NCBI GenBank assembly: GCA_020184695.1
Contig: JAANOX010000279.1
Location: 246,486 to 310,485, forward strand
Origin: Histomonas meleagridis 2922-C6/04-290x
Lineage: Eukaryota > Protista > Parabasalia
DNA: 64,000 bases
Reading direction: 5' to 3'
Shown here: in pieces, positions 11,497 through 23,000 of the stretch
Position numbering within the stretch: position 1 is the first letter of the stretch
Layout of the letters: each line of letters opens with the position of its first letter
The notes under the pieces: model-generated
What the model was told of the DNA's origin: nothing
The model's input: only the letters and a program-made list of their open reading frames with translations
Database searches by the model: none
Made by a program: the position numbers and the translations under genes

Positions 11497-12993
11497 ATGA
11501 GTACATCAAAGATAAATTCTTTTCCAGACTTAATTGCACTTACAGAAATAATTTATAACATAAATGCAAACAATCTTGATACATCTGTTTCTTCATTACG
11601 CAAATTTTATGATAATTCACGAACGTATTCATTCAACTTGATCATCTGCCGTTTCATTTACACTTTGTTTGTAACAAGACTGAAAAATATAGATATAATT
11701 ATTGAGTTTTTGAATTTAATTGAACGAGATGAAAATAAAAATCAAGTTTCAATAATTGACATTTTTTCTCAATTCCTTCGGGAAAATAACTCACAAGAAT
11801 CTAATTATCTTATCGGAAAGTTGATAGAAAAAGATTTAATTAACTCATCGATTACAAAAAATATGAAAAATTTATTTTTTTCACATTTTAAAGCACATTT
11901 CGTTTTAAACCATCGTTATCAAATTTCTGAATATTTCTCCAAAAACCTTGAAAAACTTAAAGCGAATAATTGGGAACTTCATCAGAAATATGTTAAAGAA
12001 GGAATAAATCAGAATGAAATTGCGAAAATAATTCGGAATGATGAAATAGAAAAACTTCAAGAAATATCATCAAAAGCAAACTTCGAATTTAATCAAACAA
12101 TTTCAAAATCACTTTATGAAAGATATTCATTTATTAATCATAAAAATGTTACATTATTTGATTATGCAGCATTTTTTTCTGCTATTAAATGTTAAAAGAA
12201 ATTAAGAATTTAGAAGAATTAGGAGCAAAATGTGTTTTACATGATAATTATGAACTTTTATCATTTTTACTTAAAGAAGGAATGAAAATAAATGAAAATA
12301 TTCTCATTGCTTCAATCATAACAGGTAATTTATATATTACTCAATATTTTCTCGAAAGTAATCATATTCCTTTAGATTTTTTGAAAATTTCGGGTTTTTC
12401 TGGAAATGTGGAACTTTATAACTATTTAATTAACAATAGATACATTGATTTTAGCAAGATTGTTTGCTTATTTCATTAGATTTTTATTAAAATATTTCAT
12501 CGTTTCATAAAATTTTTAAATTTTTTTTTAAATATTTTTAGCACTTATTTATGCATCTTTAAATGGTCATACAGAAATAGTTAAATTACTTCTTGAACAA
12601 GAAGGAATTGATATTAATGCTAAAGATATTTATTTGTTTTATTTAATATTTATTTTAATAATTTTATATTTCAAAATAATATTTGGAAAATATTTAAAAT
12701 ATTTAAAACAGCACTTATGTATGCATCTGAAAAAGGTCATACAGAAATAGTTAATTTACTTCTTGAACAAGAGAATATTGTTATCAATGATAAAGATATT
12801 TTTTTGTTTTATTCAAAATATTTTGAAAAAATATGAAATTTCATATAAACATTTGGAATTACTTATAAACATATAAAACAGCGCTTATGATAGCACAGAA
12901 AATAAAAATGCAGATATTATTCAGTTGTTTGTCAACAAAATTCAACACCATAAATGTGATGACATAATAAAATTAAAAGATTCTCAAGGATAA
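11497..12993 (+). pseudogene. DUF3447/ankyrin-repeat gene (locus 1) with internal deletion/frameshift and 17-nt-insert-interrupted repeats
   Basis: IIRNDEIEKL..SLYERYSF..DYAAFFSAIKC is the same domain as at 35326. It lacks about 50 aa after IKC relative to that copy. Three ankyrin repeats follow, separated by 76/80/80-nt spacers. Confidence 0.75.
12462..12877 (+). other. Three ankyrin-loop spacers built of 17-nt inserts alternating with single codons
   Basis: 12628-12707 and 12798-12877 are each 4x(17+3) and give KD-NYGK-TAL and KD-KEGK-TAL. 12462-12537 has one 16-nt unit. Confidence 0.85.
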
Positions 12994-14110
12994 AAGAGAA
13001 AATATTTAAATATTGAAATAAACATTTCCTAATTTCACTTTTTTTTCATATATTATTATTAACGCATTAAATTTGATTAATATTATTATATGAATCAAAA
13101 TTTGATAAATAGAATATTTTATATCATATTTCATTGTATGATTTTCATATAATTTGATGATAATTTTTGTGAAAAAAATGATGAAAAATTCACAACAACA
13201 AAAAATTAATTATTATTCATCGTATTATTCACTCTTAAAGTTTAATGGAAATCTATTGAGTACACCTTATTATTTTCATTCCCATAATACAAAATATCTG
13301 ATGATCAAAAACATCTTTTCCATACTCAATTCATATGCCGATCATTTTACATAGAAGTATATCGTATGAGTAAAGCTCACAATCGAGTGACGAACAGAAA
13401 ACCTTATAATCTTTGAAATAAAATTTAAGAGGTGAAGTTTTATTCCATTAAAAATTGAAGTAATAAAATTGTTATAAATTAAATTAATAAAATTATTTCT
13501 AATTTATTTACATGTTATTGAAAGTGTGAATAGTTTATAAGAATTTCAATATACAAATATAAATTTCATTTGAAACAAATCTTTAAAAATAAATATCATT
13601 TAGGAAAGTTAACTCAGTTCTTAATAAAAAATGAATTATATCTGTTATCTTCAAGAATATAATCTCACAAAGGTAGCTGTTAATCAAAAAATCTATTAAA
13701 TTATTATCAAAATTTTCAGATTTATTTTAGTAAACGAATAGTATGTCTATTTTATGCGCTTGCTACTGATTATTATAAAAAATCCAAGCATGATATTTGT
13801 CATGTTGTTATCAACAATTTTTTGAAGTTTTTCTTATAAAGCAATTTATAATATATTATTGTATTTTCATATTTTCATTCTGCTTTGTGAATACATTTGT
13901 TAATATATAACATTATTATTATGTATATTGTAATTTTGATGATTTTCATATATTTGTATTTTTATATTGACTTTTGTTTTGATACTTTTCTTACTTTTGT
14001 TTTCTGCGAACATTTGATCTTCGAGTTGATTTTGATTATTAGCAATATATGCTTCATTACCATTTCTTATTGGAAATGAAGATTTGGTGTTTATAGAAAA
14101 AGATTCTGAA

Positions 14111-14490
14111 TTATAATTTTTCATGAAGTAAATTTACAATTTCTTTATTACCGTTTTGTTGTGCAATTTGAATTGCAGTCAAATATTATTAAAACATATT
14201 CCAAATTATTCAAATTAATATCTTTTTCATTATCATCAATTCCTTTATCTAAAAGTAACTTTACTATTTCTATATTGTTATTTCTAACTGCTATATGAAG
14301 TGCTGTTTCAAATTATTAAAACATATTCCAAATTATTATTACATATTCCAAATTATTAAAACATATTCCAAATTATTAAAACATATATAAAATTATTAAA
14401 ACATATATATTATCAAATTTACTTATGATTGATTTTGAAGACTGAATAATATTTTCTTTGTTTAAACTAAAAATTAAATTCTTATTATTT
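14111..14490 (-). pseudogene. Short ankyrin-repeat remnant (locus 2) with 17-nt inserts
   Basis: After insert removal: Y-G-G-G-E-TALHIAVRNNNIEIVKLLLDKGIDDNEKD-G-L-TAIQIAQQNGNKEIVNLLHEKL*. The 5' part is degenerate. Confidence 0.75.
14310..14406 (-). repeat. 20-nt tandem repeat (atatgttttaataattt + codon) x5
   Basis: Plus strand: aaattattaaaacatat at 14310, 14350, 14370 and 14390, with one variant at 14330. Units are separated by tcc/tcc/tcc/ata and flanked by ttc (14307-14309). Confidence 0.95.
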
Positions 14491-14779
14491 TTAATGTTTC
14501 CCATTCGTTTTCATGAATTTCACTTTTTACTTGAGATTCCATATAAAATGCCACTTTTGTGGCAGATCATTTGCGGTTTGGTGTAACTTTACATCTCAAA
14601 TTCCACATTAAGAAATTTTTGAAATTCTTTTGACTTTTCTCAATGAGAATTATCAAACATATTAATACTATATATTAAAATATTGTTATTTCTAAATAAA
14701 AAGAAATTTCTAACATATTTGTCGCGAAATGTGTCAGAAACAAAAAAGATTTTCTTCTACTTTTATTAAATTATTGTCA

Positions 14780-15260
14780 CAAAGAAAACCATCTGGATGC
14801 GACATGGTTTCCATAATATTCTTAAGAGGTGTCTCTAATGGAATATTTATTCCTTGTATTTTGATTGCAATGCCTTAAATCAAACAAATATCGGCAATCC
14901 TGGCCTTCCTCAACATTAACTGAGATGTCCGTGGTGTAGAGTTCTTTGTTAATAAGTTTTCCAGCTATTGACATATTAAAACATAAATAAATATTTTGTT
15001 TCATGAAAGATTGAGAAATGCTTAGCAGGTAATTATATTAAAATATTGACTTTTCATGTAAAAAAAAGCATAAATTAAGTATAATTAAATGTTGTTTAGC
15101 TTTGATATTGTTGAGTAATATTTTGAAGTTCAAGCACCACGCCCATAGGTAGCGTACAGTCTTTTTGATTCCCAATCTCTCGAAAACTGAAAGCCTTGGA
15201 ACTGGTTCGTGCGAAAAGGGAATTTCATCTGAAGATCTTATGAATAAGATGTTTTCAATC
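14780..15260 (+). mobile_element. Possible highly degenerate MULE-type transposase remnant
   Basis: Stop-riddled fragments LDATW, HK.IFCFM.D.EML.R and KPWNWF loosely resemble MULE motifs. Weak. Confidence 0.25.
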
Positions 15261-15422
15261 AATAAATAAGAAATTTTCCATGAGCGAATTGTAATTTTAT
15301 TTTACGTAAATCTGCACAAAAATGGAAGAGAAGAAATTCACAAAGATAAAAGTTTATTAACTGAATTCCAAAATATTTTATTTAACCGATTTTTACCCAT
15401 TTATATCAAAAAAAGTATTTCA

Positions 15423-17729
15423 TCAAATGTTCACCAGATCCTCTGGCGTTGTCTTTATTACAACAGGCTGTATACAGTGCAGCGAGTTCGCGATTGAAAC
15501 AACTCTGTTTTTCTTGAGTATCGAACTCTTTTTATCATATGCATTGATTTCCTTCGCTGCAATTCCGGCCAAAACAATCCATTTGTCCATTACGCCTAAT
15601 CTCAATCCTTGTAAGATCAGATTAAGTAACATTTCTTTCGGAGATTTAAATGTCGCATTAAAGATCTGAATGATAGCTTGTTGAAGCAAAGGCATCTCTG
15701 GGGTCTTAATGTTAAGTGTAGATGTGACATTCATTGTATACCATGAGTTTTGGAGTTCTGGATAAATCGCAGTTTGAGATGGTCGAAAACCATCGTTAAG
15801 AAATTGATAAAGCATCCCAACAAGAGTAACTATCATACTGTTAGTATCTTTATGGTTTTGGAATGAGGTAAGAATTGATTGACATAAGATACGAATCGAT
15901 GTGTCGTATCGGTCGTGTATCGGCATAAATTGAATGGTGCTATCGTCCACATCAAACATTTGACCGTTTATAAGCGACTTTTTGTCAAACGAAGAAAGAG
16001 TTGACTCGAAAATCTCAAGGAACTCGGGTGAATGCCATATAGAAGGCGTGCGGAAAGTTTCATAGCGCCATTCTGGAGAATGTTGAAGAAGACTTAAAAA
16101 ATCTGGAATTCGTTTGTGAAATACAAGTCGAGTAATGAACAAGTAAACTGTTTTTAATAATGGCCTATCTTCTTGGTAAAAGAATAAATCCGAAAGATCT
16201 GTATTTGATATAAGAGTTTGAAGAGATTCACCAAATGTCTTTTGATTAACTCTTTGAATAAGAGCTGATGCAAAAAGACACGCAAACTTTTGGAAAGAAG
16301 GATCGTTAAGTGTGAATTGTTTTGGAATTTGTGATGTTAAAATTGTCATTTGTTGAAGAATTGGTTTTCCATCAATTGGCTTGATAGCATATTTGTTAAC
16401 TTCATACCCAACTTTCTGACAAAACTCATAAGTCTCATGATCACAAATTGGAGGATGTAAGAATTCTCCTAGTAATAATTGGGCACCCCGTTGATCGTTT
16501 AAATTATCATCGGTTTCTCGGGGCACCCCGTAACCGTGATTTTTAATTAATTCTTCGATTTTCGTACTTGCTTTAATTTTAAGTTTTTGTTCTTCAAATG
16601 AAGAAGTTTTATTCTCAGCATTTTGTCTCATATTATTTCTATGTACTCTTTTAGATTTTGGTGGTACTTCAGTAATAATTATTCTTCTTTTTACAATGTT
16701 TTCGAATGAAATTAACTCTAATTCTGTGCTTGCTTTTTTAGGTACATATACTATTTTATCGAAAGTTGGAGGAGATTCAACTTGTAAACTTTGATTGACG
16801 GTTATTTTGTTTGCAGAATTTGTAAAGTTTTGAATTGAAACTTTTCGCATTGAAACAAAATCGTTTTCAAGCTCGAGGCTATAGTTGGGCACGGCGAAGG
16901 TAAAAAGTGGTTTCTGCGCTTCCCTTTTACGCTTTTGAATGTTCGCTAGGAGGATGTGAAAGGTGAAGAATGATACAAATGCATCACCTTCACATTCGCA
17001 AAGAATTACATATTTTTCGGGCCAATTCTTAGAATCATTAAAACGCAAAGAAAGAAACCGCTTTTCATCAGGAAACTTCTCTATCTCATTAAGAGTAAGG
17101 ACACTAAAGAATTGAGTGACTTCAATCGGCGGAACAACTTTTGGAATAAACTCAATAACAGTGTTTCCATTACTGGATACTTTTGTTTGGAGTTCTGCAC
17201 GATGAATAACATCACTTTCAAGATCGTAAAGACTACTTGGTATAAATAAAGGATTGGTTTGAGTTATATCTTCGAGAATAGTTTGAACTGAATGTATCAG
17301 ATTGATCCAAACATTACAAACAGAAGTGGATGAAAAGAAGATCGTAAACATTGTTTGGGTAGCAGGATTTATGGGAATAAATGATACTGAAATATCATGA
17401 AAACGTTGGACAAAATAATGTGGAATAAAAATGAGATAGCTATGTGATAGCTGTCCATTGGATCCGGCTTTGCGATTGTGAATAGTGGCTTTAATAAAGG
17501 GACCATACATTTCAAAGTTATATTCTGCTAAATAAGATGCTATGTTAGTTTTTTCCTCTGTCTCGAAAAACATTTGAACCTTAAGCGAGAATTTGCCACT
17601 GCTTTTGATTTCTGATATTTGTGGATAAAAATTATGAAAGAAGTTGAAATTGGAACTAGACACAGTAGGGCTTATATCAAACGAAGCCTTTGGTATACTA
17701 CCAACAGTTGCTTTTCTCCTTACTGTCAT
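15423..17729 (-). CDS. Hypothetical protein, 768 aa
   Basis: Long uninterrupted ORF. No domain recognised. Confidence 0.8.
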   Translation of the reverse strand: MTVRRKATVGSIPKASFDISPTVSSSNFNFFHNFYPQISEIKSSGKFSLKVQMFFETEEKTNIASYLAEYNFEMYGPFIKATIHNRKAGSNGQLSHSYLIFIPHYFVQRFHDISVSFIPINPATQTMFTIFFSSTSVCNVWINLIHSVQTILEDITQTNPLFIPSSLYDLESDVIHRAELQTKVSSNGNTVIEFIPKVVPPIEVTQFFSVLTLNEIEKFPDEKRFLSLRFNDSKNWPEKYVILCECEGDAFVSFFTFHILLANIQKRKREAQKPLFTFAVPNYSLELENDFVSMRKVSIQNFTNSANKITVNQSLQVESPPTFDKIVYVPKKASTELELISFENIVKRRIIITEVPPKSKRVHRNNMRQNAENKTSSFEEQKLKIKASTKIEELIKNHGYGVPRETDDNLNDQRGAQLLLGEFLHPPICDHETYEFCQKVGYEVNKYAIKPIDGKPILQQMTILTSQIPKQFTLNDPSFQKFACLFASALIQRVNQKTFGESLQTLISNTDLSDLFFYQEDRPLLKTVYLFITRLVFHKRIPDFLSLLQHSPEWRYETFRTPSIWHSPEFLEIFESTLSSFDKKSLINGQMFDVDDSTIQFMPIHDRYDTSIRILCQSILTSFQNHKDTNSMIVTLVGMLYQFLNDGFRPSQTAIYPELQNSWYTMNVTSTLNIKTPEMPLLQQAIIQIFNATFKSPKEMLLNLILQGLRLGVMDKWIVLAGIAAKEINAYDKKSSILKKNRVVSIANSLHCIQPVVIKTTPEDLVNI

Positions 17730-18050
17730 TTTGATTCTATGGAGTGCTTTACTGTCACTTTTTGTAACCGAAAAATCGTCATAAAAAGTGAAATGTGTCC
17801 ACTTTTTGGGAAAAAAGTGTCTGCAAGGAAGGAAAAAATCACAAAATATTTACCTCTTTTTTATATATAAAATAAAATTATTTTTACACACACTATCTCA
17901 AAAAAGGAAATATTTCAAATAGATTGAAGTATTTTCACGTATAATATCATGATGTAAAATTAATATAATTGAATTTAATTTTTTCATAAAGTTTAAAAGA
18001 ACAAATTTGCTCATTATATTTGTTGATGTTTTTTATTTATTTAATTCACT

Positions 18051-18329
18051 TTAACCAATTATAGGTGAATCGTTATTTCCTGCAAGAGAAGAAGATTCAC
18101 CATTTTCGTTTCCTTGTTCAGTGTATGATGCTAAATTTGGTGGTAAAGGGTTTCCTTGTTGATCACCTTGCTGACTTTTCATTGCCCAATCAGCAGAATC
18201 GAAAAATTTAACTTTATCACGCCTTCCGCGAGCTCTTGGGTTTGCTTTGAGCTTACCCAGGTTTGGTAATTTTTTTTGTTCGTCTTCGTGCTCTGTGTTT
18301 GTTGTTTCTTCTCCTCCAAGAATCGACAT
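18051..18329 (-). CDS. Endosulfine/ARPP-19/Igo-family protein
   Basis: Small hydrophilic protein with KFFDSADWAM, the Greatwall/Rim15 phosphosite motif. ATG at 18329. Confidence 0.8.
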   Translation of the reverse strand: MSILGGEETTNTEHEDEQKKLPNLGKLKANPRARGRRDKVKFFDSADWAMKSQQGDQQGNPLPPNLASYTEQGNENGESSSLAGNNDSPIIG

Positions 18330-18332
18330 AAT

Positions 18333-18368
18333 AAAAAGTGACAACCAAAAGGTTCGGTGTCACTTTTT
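18333..18368. promoter_or_regulatory. Back-to-back initiator elements forming an 11-bp inverted repeat
   Basis: aaaaagtgaca (18333-18343) and tgtcacttttt (18358-18368) lie between divergent endosulfine and Rab genes. Confidence 0.6.
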
Positions 18369-18377
18369 TCTAGTGTT

Positions 18378-18977
18378 TTGGAGCAAAAAATTCAAGAAAA
18401 TCCATTGATCTGCAAAATTATTCTTGGTGGAGAAACTGGCGTAGGCAAAACATCTTTTATACACTGTATTCATGAAGATTCTCCTTGTCCAGCAATAACA
18501 ATTGGTGTTGAATTTAAAATAAAAAACTTAGAAATCGAAGGCAAACATGTTAAAGCACAAGTTTGGGATTTGTGTGGTTCAGAGCGGATGTTTGTCCCTC
18601 TTGCATATTTTCGCGGAGCAATTGGAGCAATTATTCTCTATGATATTTCCAGAAAATCCTCTTTTCAGAATGTTTCACGGTGGCTGGGCTCTGTCCGCGA
18701 ACGTTCAGATAGCAGAGTTGTAATTATGCTTATCGGATCAAAATGTGATCTTGATACGATTCGAGAAGTTTCAACAGAAGAAGGAATTGAATTCAGCAAA
18801 AGAGAGAACCTTATTTTTTACGAAACGTCATCTCTCGAAAATATTAATGTTCATGAAGCATTCGCAACATTGATCAAAAAAGTTTTTCAAATTCTTAACA
18901 ATGATCACCAGCCGAAACAAGTTGTGGAACAAGAGCCAAAATCAAACGAATCGAAATATCGGTGCATTTTTTCTTGA
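18378..18977 (+). CDS. Divergent Rab GTPase (Rab11-like), no in-frame ATG before the P-loop
   Basis: GGETGVGKTS, TIGVEF, WDLCGSER, YFRGAIG, GSKCDL, ETSS and C-terminal CIFS. Candidate start is TTG at 18378. Confidence 0.8.
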   Translation: MEQKIQENPLICKIILGGETGVGKTSFIHCIHEDSPCPAITIGVEFKIKNLEIEGKHVKAQVWDLCGSERMFVPLAYFRGAIGAIILYDISRKSSFQNVSRWLGSVRERSDSRVVIMLIGSKCDLDTIREVSTEEGIEFSKRENLIFYETSSLENINVHEAFATLIKKVFQILNNDHQPKQVVEQEPKSNESKYRCIFS

Positions 18978-19105
18978 TTTATTATTAATCGGTTTGATAA
19001 ATGGATAAAGAAATTTACAATTTTCGATTTTTGTTGCTTATTGTGTGAAATCAACTCATTGTTCCTACAAGAGAAAACGAAGTCATGTTCAACACAAAAA
19101 TTTTT

Positions 19106-19417
19106 GTATTGACGCCAATCTCCAAATATTGTTACGCGTTGGGAATTACCTAATATATATTTGATGATTGTAAAGTTACTAATTGAAGTGTCTTGAAATT
19201 CATCAATTAATATGTATTGATATATTTTCCGATATTCATATGCAACACGTGGATATTGTTTAAGTAATTGTTCAGTAAACGACATAAAATCATTATAATC
19301 GATTAGTCGATGAAGTTTAAGTTGATCTTGATAATATTGAAGTACAAAGGATAAATCATCTTTGAAATCATCAGGTGATTTAAAAAGTGTTTTGGCATTA
19401 AGCATTTTAATGGTCAT
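19106..19417 (-). pseudogene. UvrD/Rep/PcrA (SF1) helicase fragment
   Basis: LIDYNDF..LL...P....Y...YQYILIDEFQDTS..........VTIFGDWRQ covers motifs II-III. No Walker A and no C-terminal half. Confidence 0.8.
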
Positions 19418-19992
19418 AATACGAAGAACATTTGGATTTTGGGCTGATAAGTTCTTGTTTTTGGATTTTTTGTTGTATCTAAACGATATTTTACTAATTT
19501 CTTTTGAATTGCTGAGGTTTTGATTCTACATCTTGAGATTAATTATCTATTCTCAAAGGTTTCATTTTGAAATTTTGTATATTTTTTCATATATCAAATA
19601 ACCTTTATAAATAGAAAAAGGGTGTTAAATATATTTAAAAATGAAATAAAATACAATTGTTAATTAGAGTTAATGTGTAACAAAAGAAATTCTCAATAAA
19701 AAGTATAATATTTTTACTTAATTCATTTTATTAATATCAAAAGAAAATGAATTTTTTTTAAAGCAACTTTTAAATTTAGGAGAAGAAGTTAATTTGAAGC
19801 ATTTTTAAAAAATATTAATTAGTTTTGTATGATATCTTGATGTAGCTAGTGCATAATTTATGTTTGAAATTCAACTAGTAGAAGATCTTCCATTGTATTG
19901 ATTTTCGAATAGTTCAACAATTGTAACATGTTACCATCACGTTGCTACTTTTTGTATTTTTCTGTCAGTTTTTATCACCTGTCTCGGAGCTC

Positions 19993-20023
<31 letters not shown>

Positions 20024-20035
20024 CAATTTTAAAAT

Positions 20036-23000
20036 TTATTTCTTATGTTGAATATCATTCCATAACTTACAAAGCCTTTCATGTTCTTCTTCATCTCGCA
20101 TTTCCATTGGTGTCTCTAAAGATTTCTTTAACTTCTCAGCCAATTCCACTTTTTCGATTAATTTCATCAAATTTCTTTCGAATTTTTCGTGTAGTAAATC
20201 TCCTCTATCCTTAACATTTGCCTTAATATAAGTTGCCACGAATTCATTTAATGATTTCCTTAATGACATATTTGGAATTTTCGGTCTCATCAAAGTCATT
20301 TTTACAATGCATTCAGTTATTACGTCGCCAACACTTTGCTCCAAATATGCGACTGTTGGCATTGATGAGACTTGCATCAAAGATTTGGGCACTTCGACGG
20401 GTCTATTTTCGGGTAATTTCACCTTTAAATATCTCGAAACGTTATAACAAAATTCATTACGATTAACTTCGGAACTAAACAAAAACAATTTCGATTCATA
20501 TTCGGCGAAAATCCCATTTAAACCTTTCACGAAATTCCCTTTTGATAATTCGACTACATCATAACCATCGATTTGTAATTCGAAAACATTTTCGTTCTTG
20601 ATATTTTTAATATTTGTAAATTTGATGTCATTTTTCGACCAATTATATATAAATGGAATTGGCGATATTAAAAAATCGTTTTTATATTCAGATGATATTA
20701 AATGATAATAATTTCCATTATATTTAACAATGTTTTCCCAATCGTTTTTAATCGATGAGACATAAATATTATCAGCAGAATAAGAAACAGGACAAAAATG
20801 TTTAAATTTAGATAAATTATTCGATACTTCTTCAGGTGATATATTTAATGCTGATACACAATAAGGACGTTTTTCATCAATAGCTAAAATCGATTTCCAT
20901 CTTTGTTGAATATTATCATTTAATTTGTTGATCGCATGAATTGTCATTAACCAAATTGTTGATTCATTCATTAATTGGATTACATTATGATAATTTTCAA
21001 TTGCATATTCGATTAATTTCTCGTTATCTTTCGCAAATATTAAATCTGTTGGTAATATATCATCGTTTTTCATTAAGTTTAATTCATTAACATTAGTCGG
21101 ATATCCATCAATGATATAACCTTTGATTTGACAATCATGTCTTAATAAAACGGACTTTAAAGCAATTCGAAATATATTCGAATCAATTGCTTTTCCTTTC
21201 GATAAAATTTCACGTATTTTCATGCCTAATGGCGTATGTTGTTTAACAACTCGTGTAATTACATCACGTGGTCGTATTAATTCAGTATTTAATATCTTCG
21301 ATAACCTTAAACATAACTCCGAATTCCCTAAAATAGAAATCTTTGGTACTATTGGGAAATTCGGTGGTTTTGTTTGGAAGACATATGTAAGTGGATCATT
21401 CATGAATATTTCTTGATGTTTTTTAGTCTCGAAAAAGAAAATGCGACTTAAAAATTTACAAGAAATACTTAAATCAGTCATTATAAGTTGTCCTTTCTTT
21501 TTTAAACATATTGGACAATAACGACCGAATTGTGACATGAAAACGTTTCCAGTTTTTAACATATTAAAAATTGTTTCAATATCTTCATTAAGTTCAATCG
21601 AACTTTGAGATACAAATAACGATTTACGATATGTAAGTTCATTTAAACAAACTCTATTTATCATTTTCATGATAGAAGTAAATCGACGTGAAGTATCAAT
21701 GATAATTGGTTCGCCTTTATTCGATTCTTCTGATATAATTGATGAGAATTCATGGACTATAATTTGATCTTCTGATTCTTCATTTAAGATATCTTCATCA
21801 TTATTAAGACGTTTTCGATTTCGCATTAACGCCCATTGTTCATTTTGTTCAAGTTCAAACACTAAATCAGGTTTTAACTCATAATCGATCATCATTTGTG
21901 CGCCAACAGTACTTTTAGGCGTACCTTCAATGATCCAACCATTTCTTTGGTTATTAGTTTCATTAATAATTTGTTTTAGAAATGGTTCGAATAATTTCTT
22001 TGTTATATCATCAAAATTCATTTCTTCTTCTTCTTCCTCTTCTTCATTATTATTATTATTTATGATAATTTCGGGAAATTCATATACATTTACATTATAA
22101 ATGCGACTAATTTCATTCGCAATTGACGTTTTACTTGAGCCACGTGTTCCAATTATTAATATTCTTGGCGGTGGTACATTTGGTATACTTTGTTTAATAA
22201 ATGCAAGTGGCGCATTACGAAATCGTTCTTGATTTTCTTCATTAGAAAATGAAAATTGTGATCCGTCATATACAAGTGTTAAATCACCACTTTGTAATAT
22301 GTTTTTATCCTTTAATGTGACTGGACAATATGTACCGAGATAACCAATGGTAGGTTCATCATCATATTCATCATTACAACGTGGTAATAATGGACATATT
22401 GAATATGCCGCATTCCAAAATACTTCATCTATAGGTAATAATCCATTAATAACTTGCGTTTTTATGGATAATGTTTTAATATCTTCAATAAAATCTTTAA
22501 GCGTTTCATTATAAGTTTCATATTCTTTAATGAATTCATTAACTTGTGCTTGAGTAATGTTTGGAAGTCTTTGAATTATTGTTTCTTTTTTACTTAAATC
22601 AATGTCAAGTATAATAATTATATCAGGTGAAAGTAATTCGTTCTCTTTAAACACTTTTAATGGCTCAACATCTAATGTCGGAACAATTGATATATAACCA
22701 TTAGTAAATATTGGCTGTAGTTCAATCGTTTCTTCTTCTTCATGAGTTATTTCTGTATCAATTTTAATATTTTCATCAGATTCACTTTTGAAGTTATTAC
22801 TGATACTTTCTTCATTACTATTAAAATCATCTTTCGATTTATTATTAATATTTATATTATCTTTAGAACTATTATTAATATTTTCATTTATATTTATATT
22901 ATCTTTGGAACTATTAATAGTTTGTTCACTGAAATTACCTTTAGAAGTGTTATCAATGCTTTCGTCATTACTAATAAGGTTAATATTATCTTTTGAATAA

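Noticed and set aside
13897-14124. Overlapping 60- and 74-aa ORFs
   Set aside because: Low-complexity AT-rich sequence downstream of the ankyrin remnant, with no coding signal.
14310-14406. CRISPR-like array
   Set aside because: Spacers are only 3 nt, there are no cas genes, the context is eukaryotic, and it is explained as ankyrin loop inserts.
19997-20023. 27-nt poly(A) as the tail of a retroposed insert
   Set aside because: No target-site duplication or recognisable retro-sequence upstream. The adjacent DNA only shows weak ankyrin-like debris on the minus strand.
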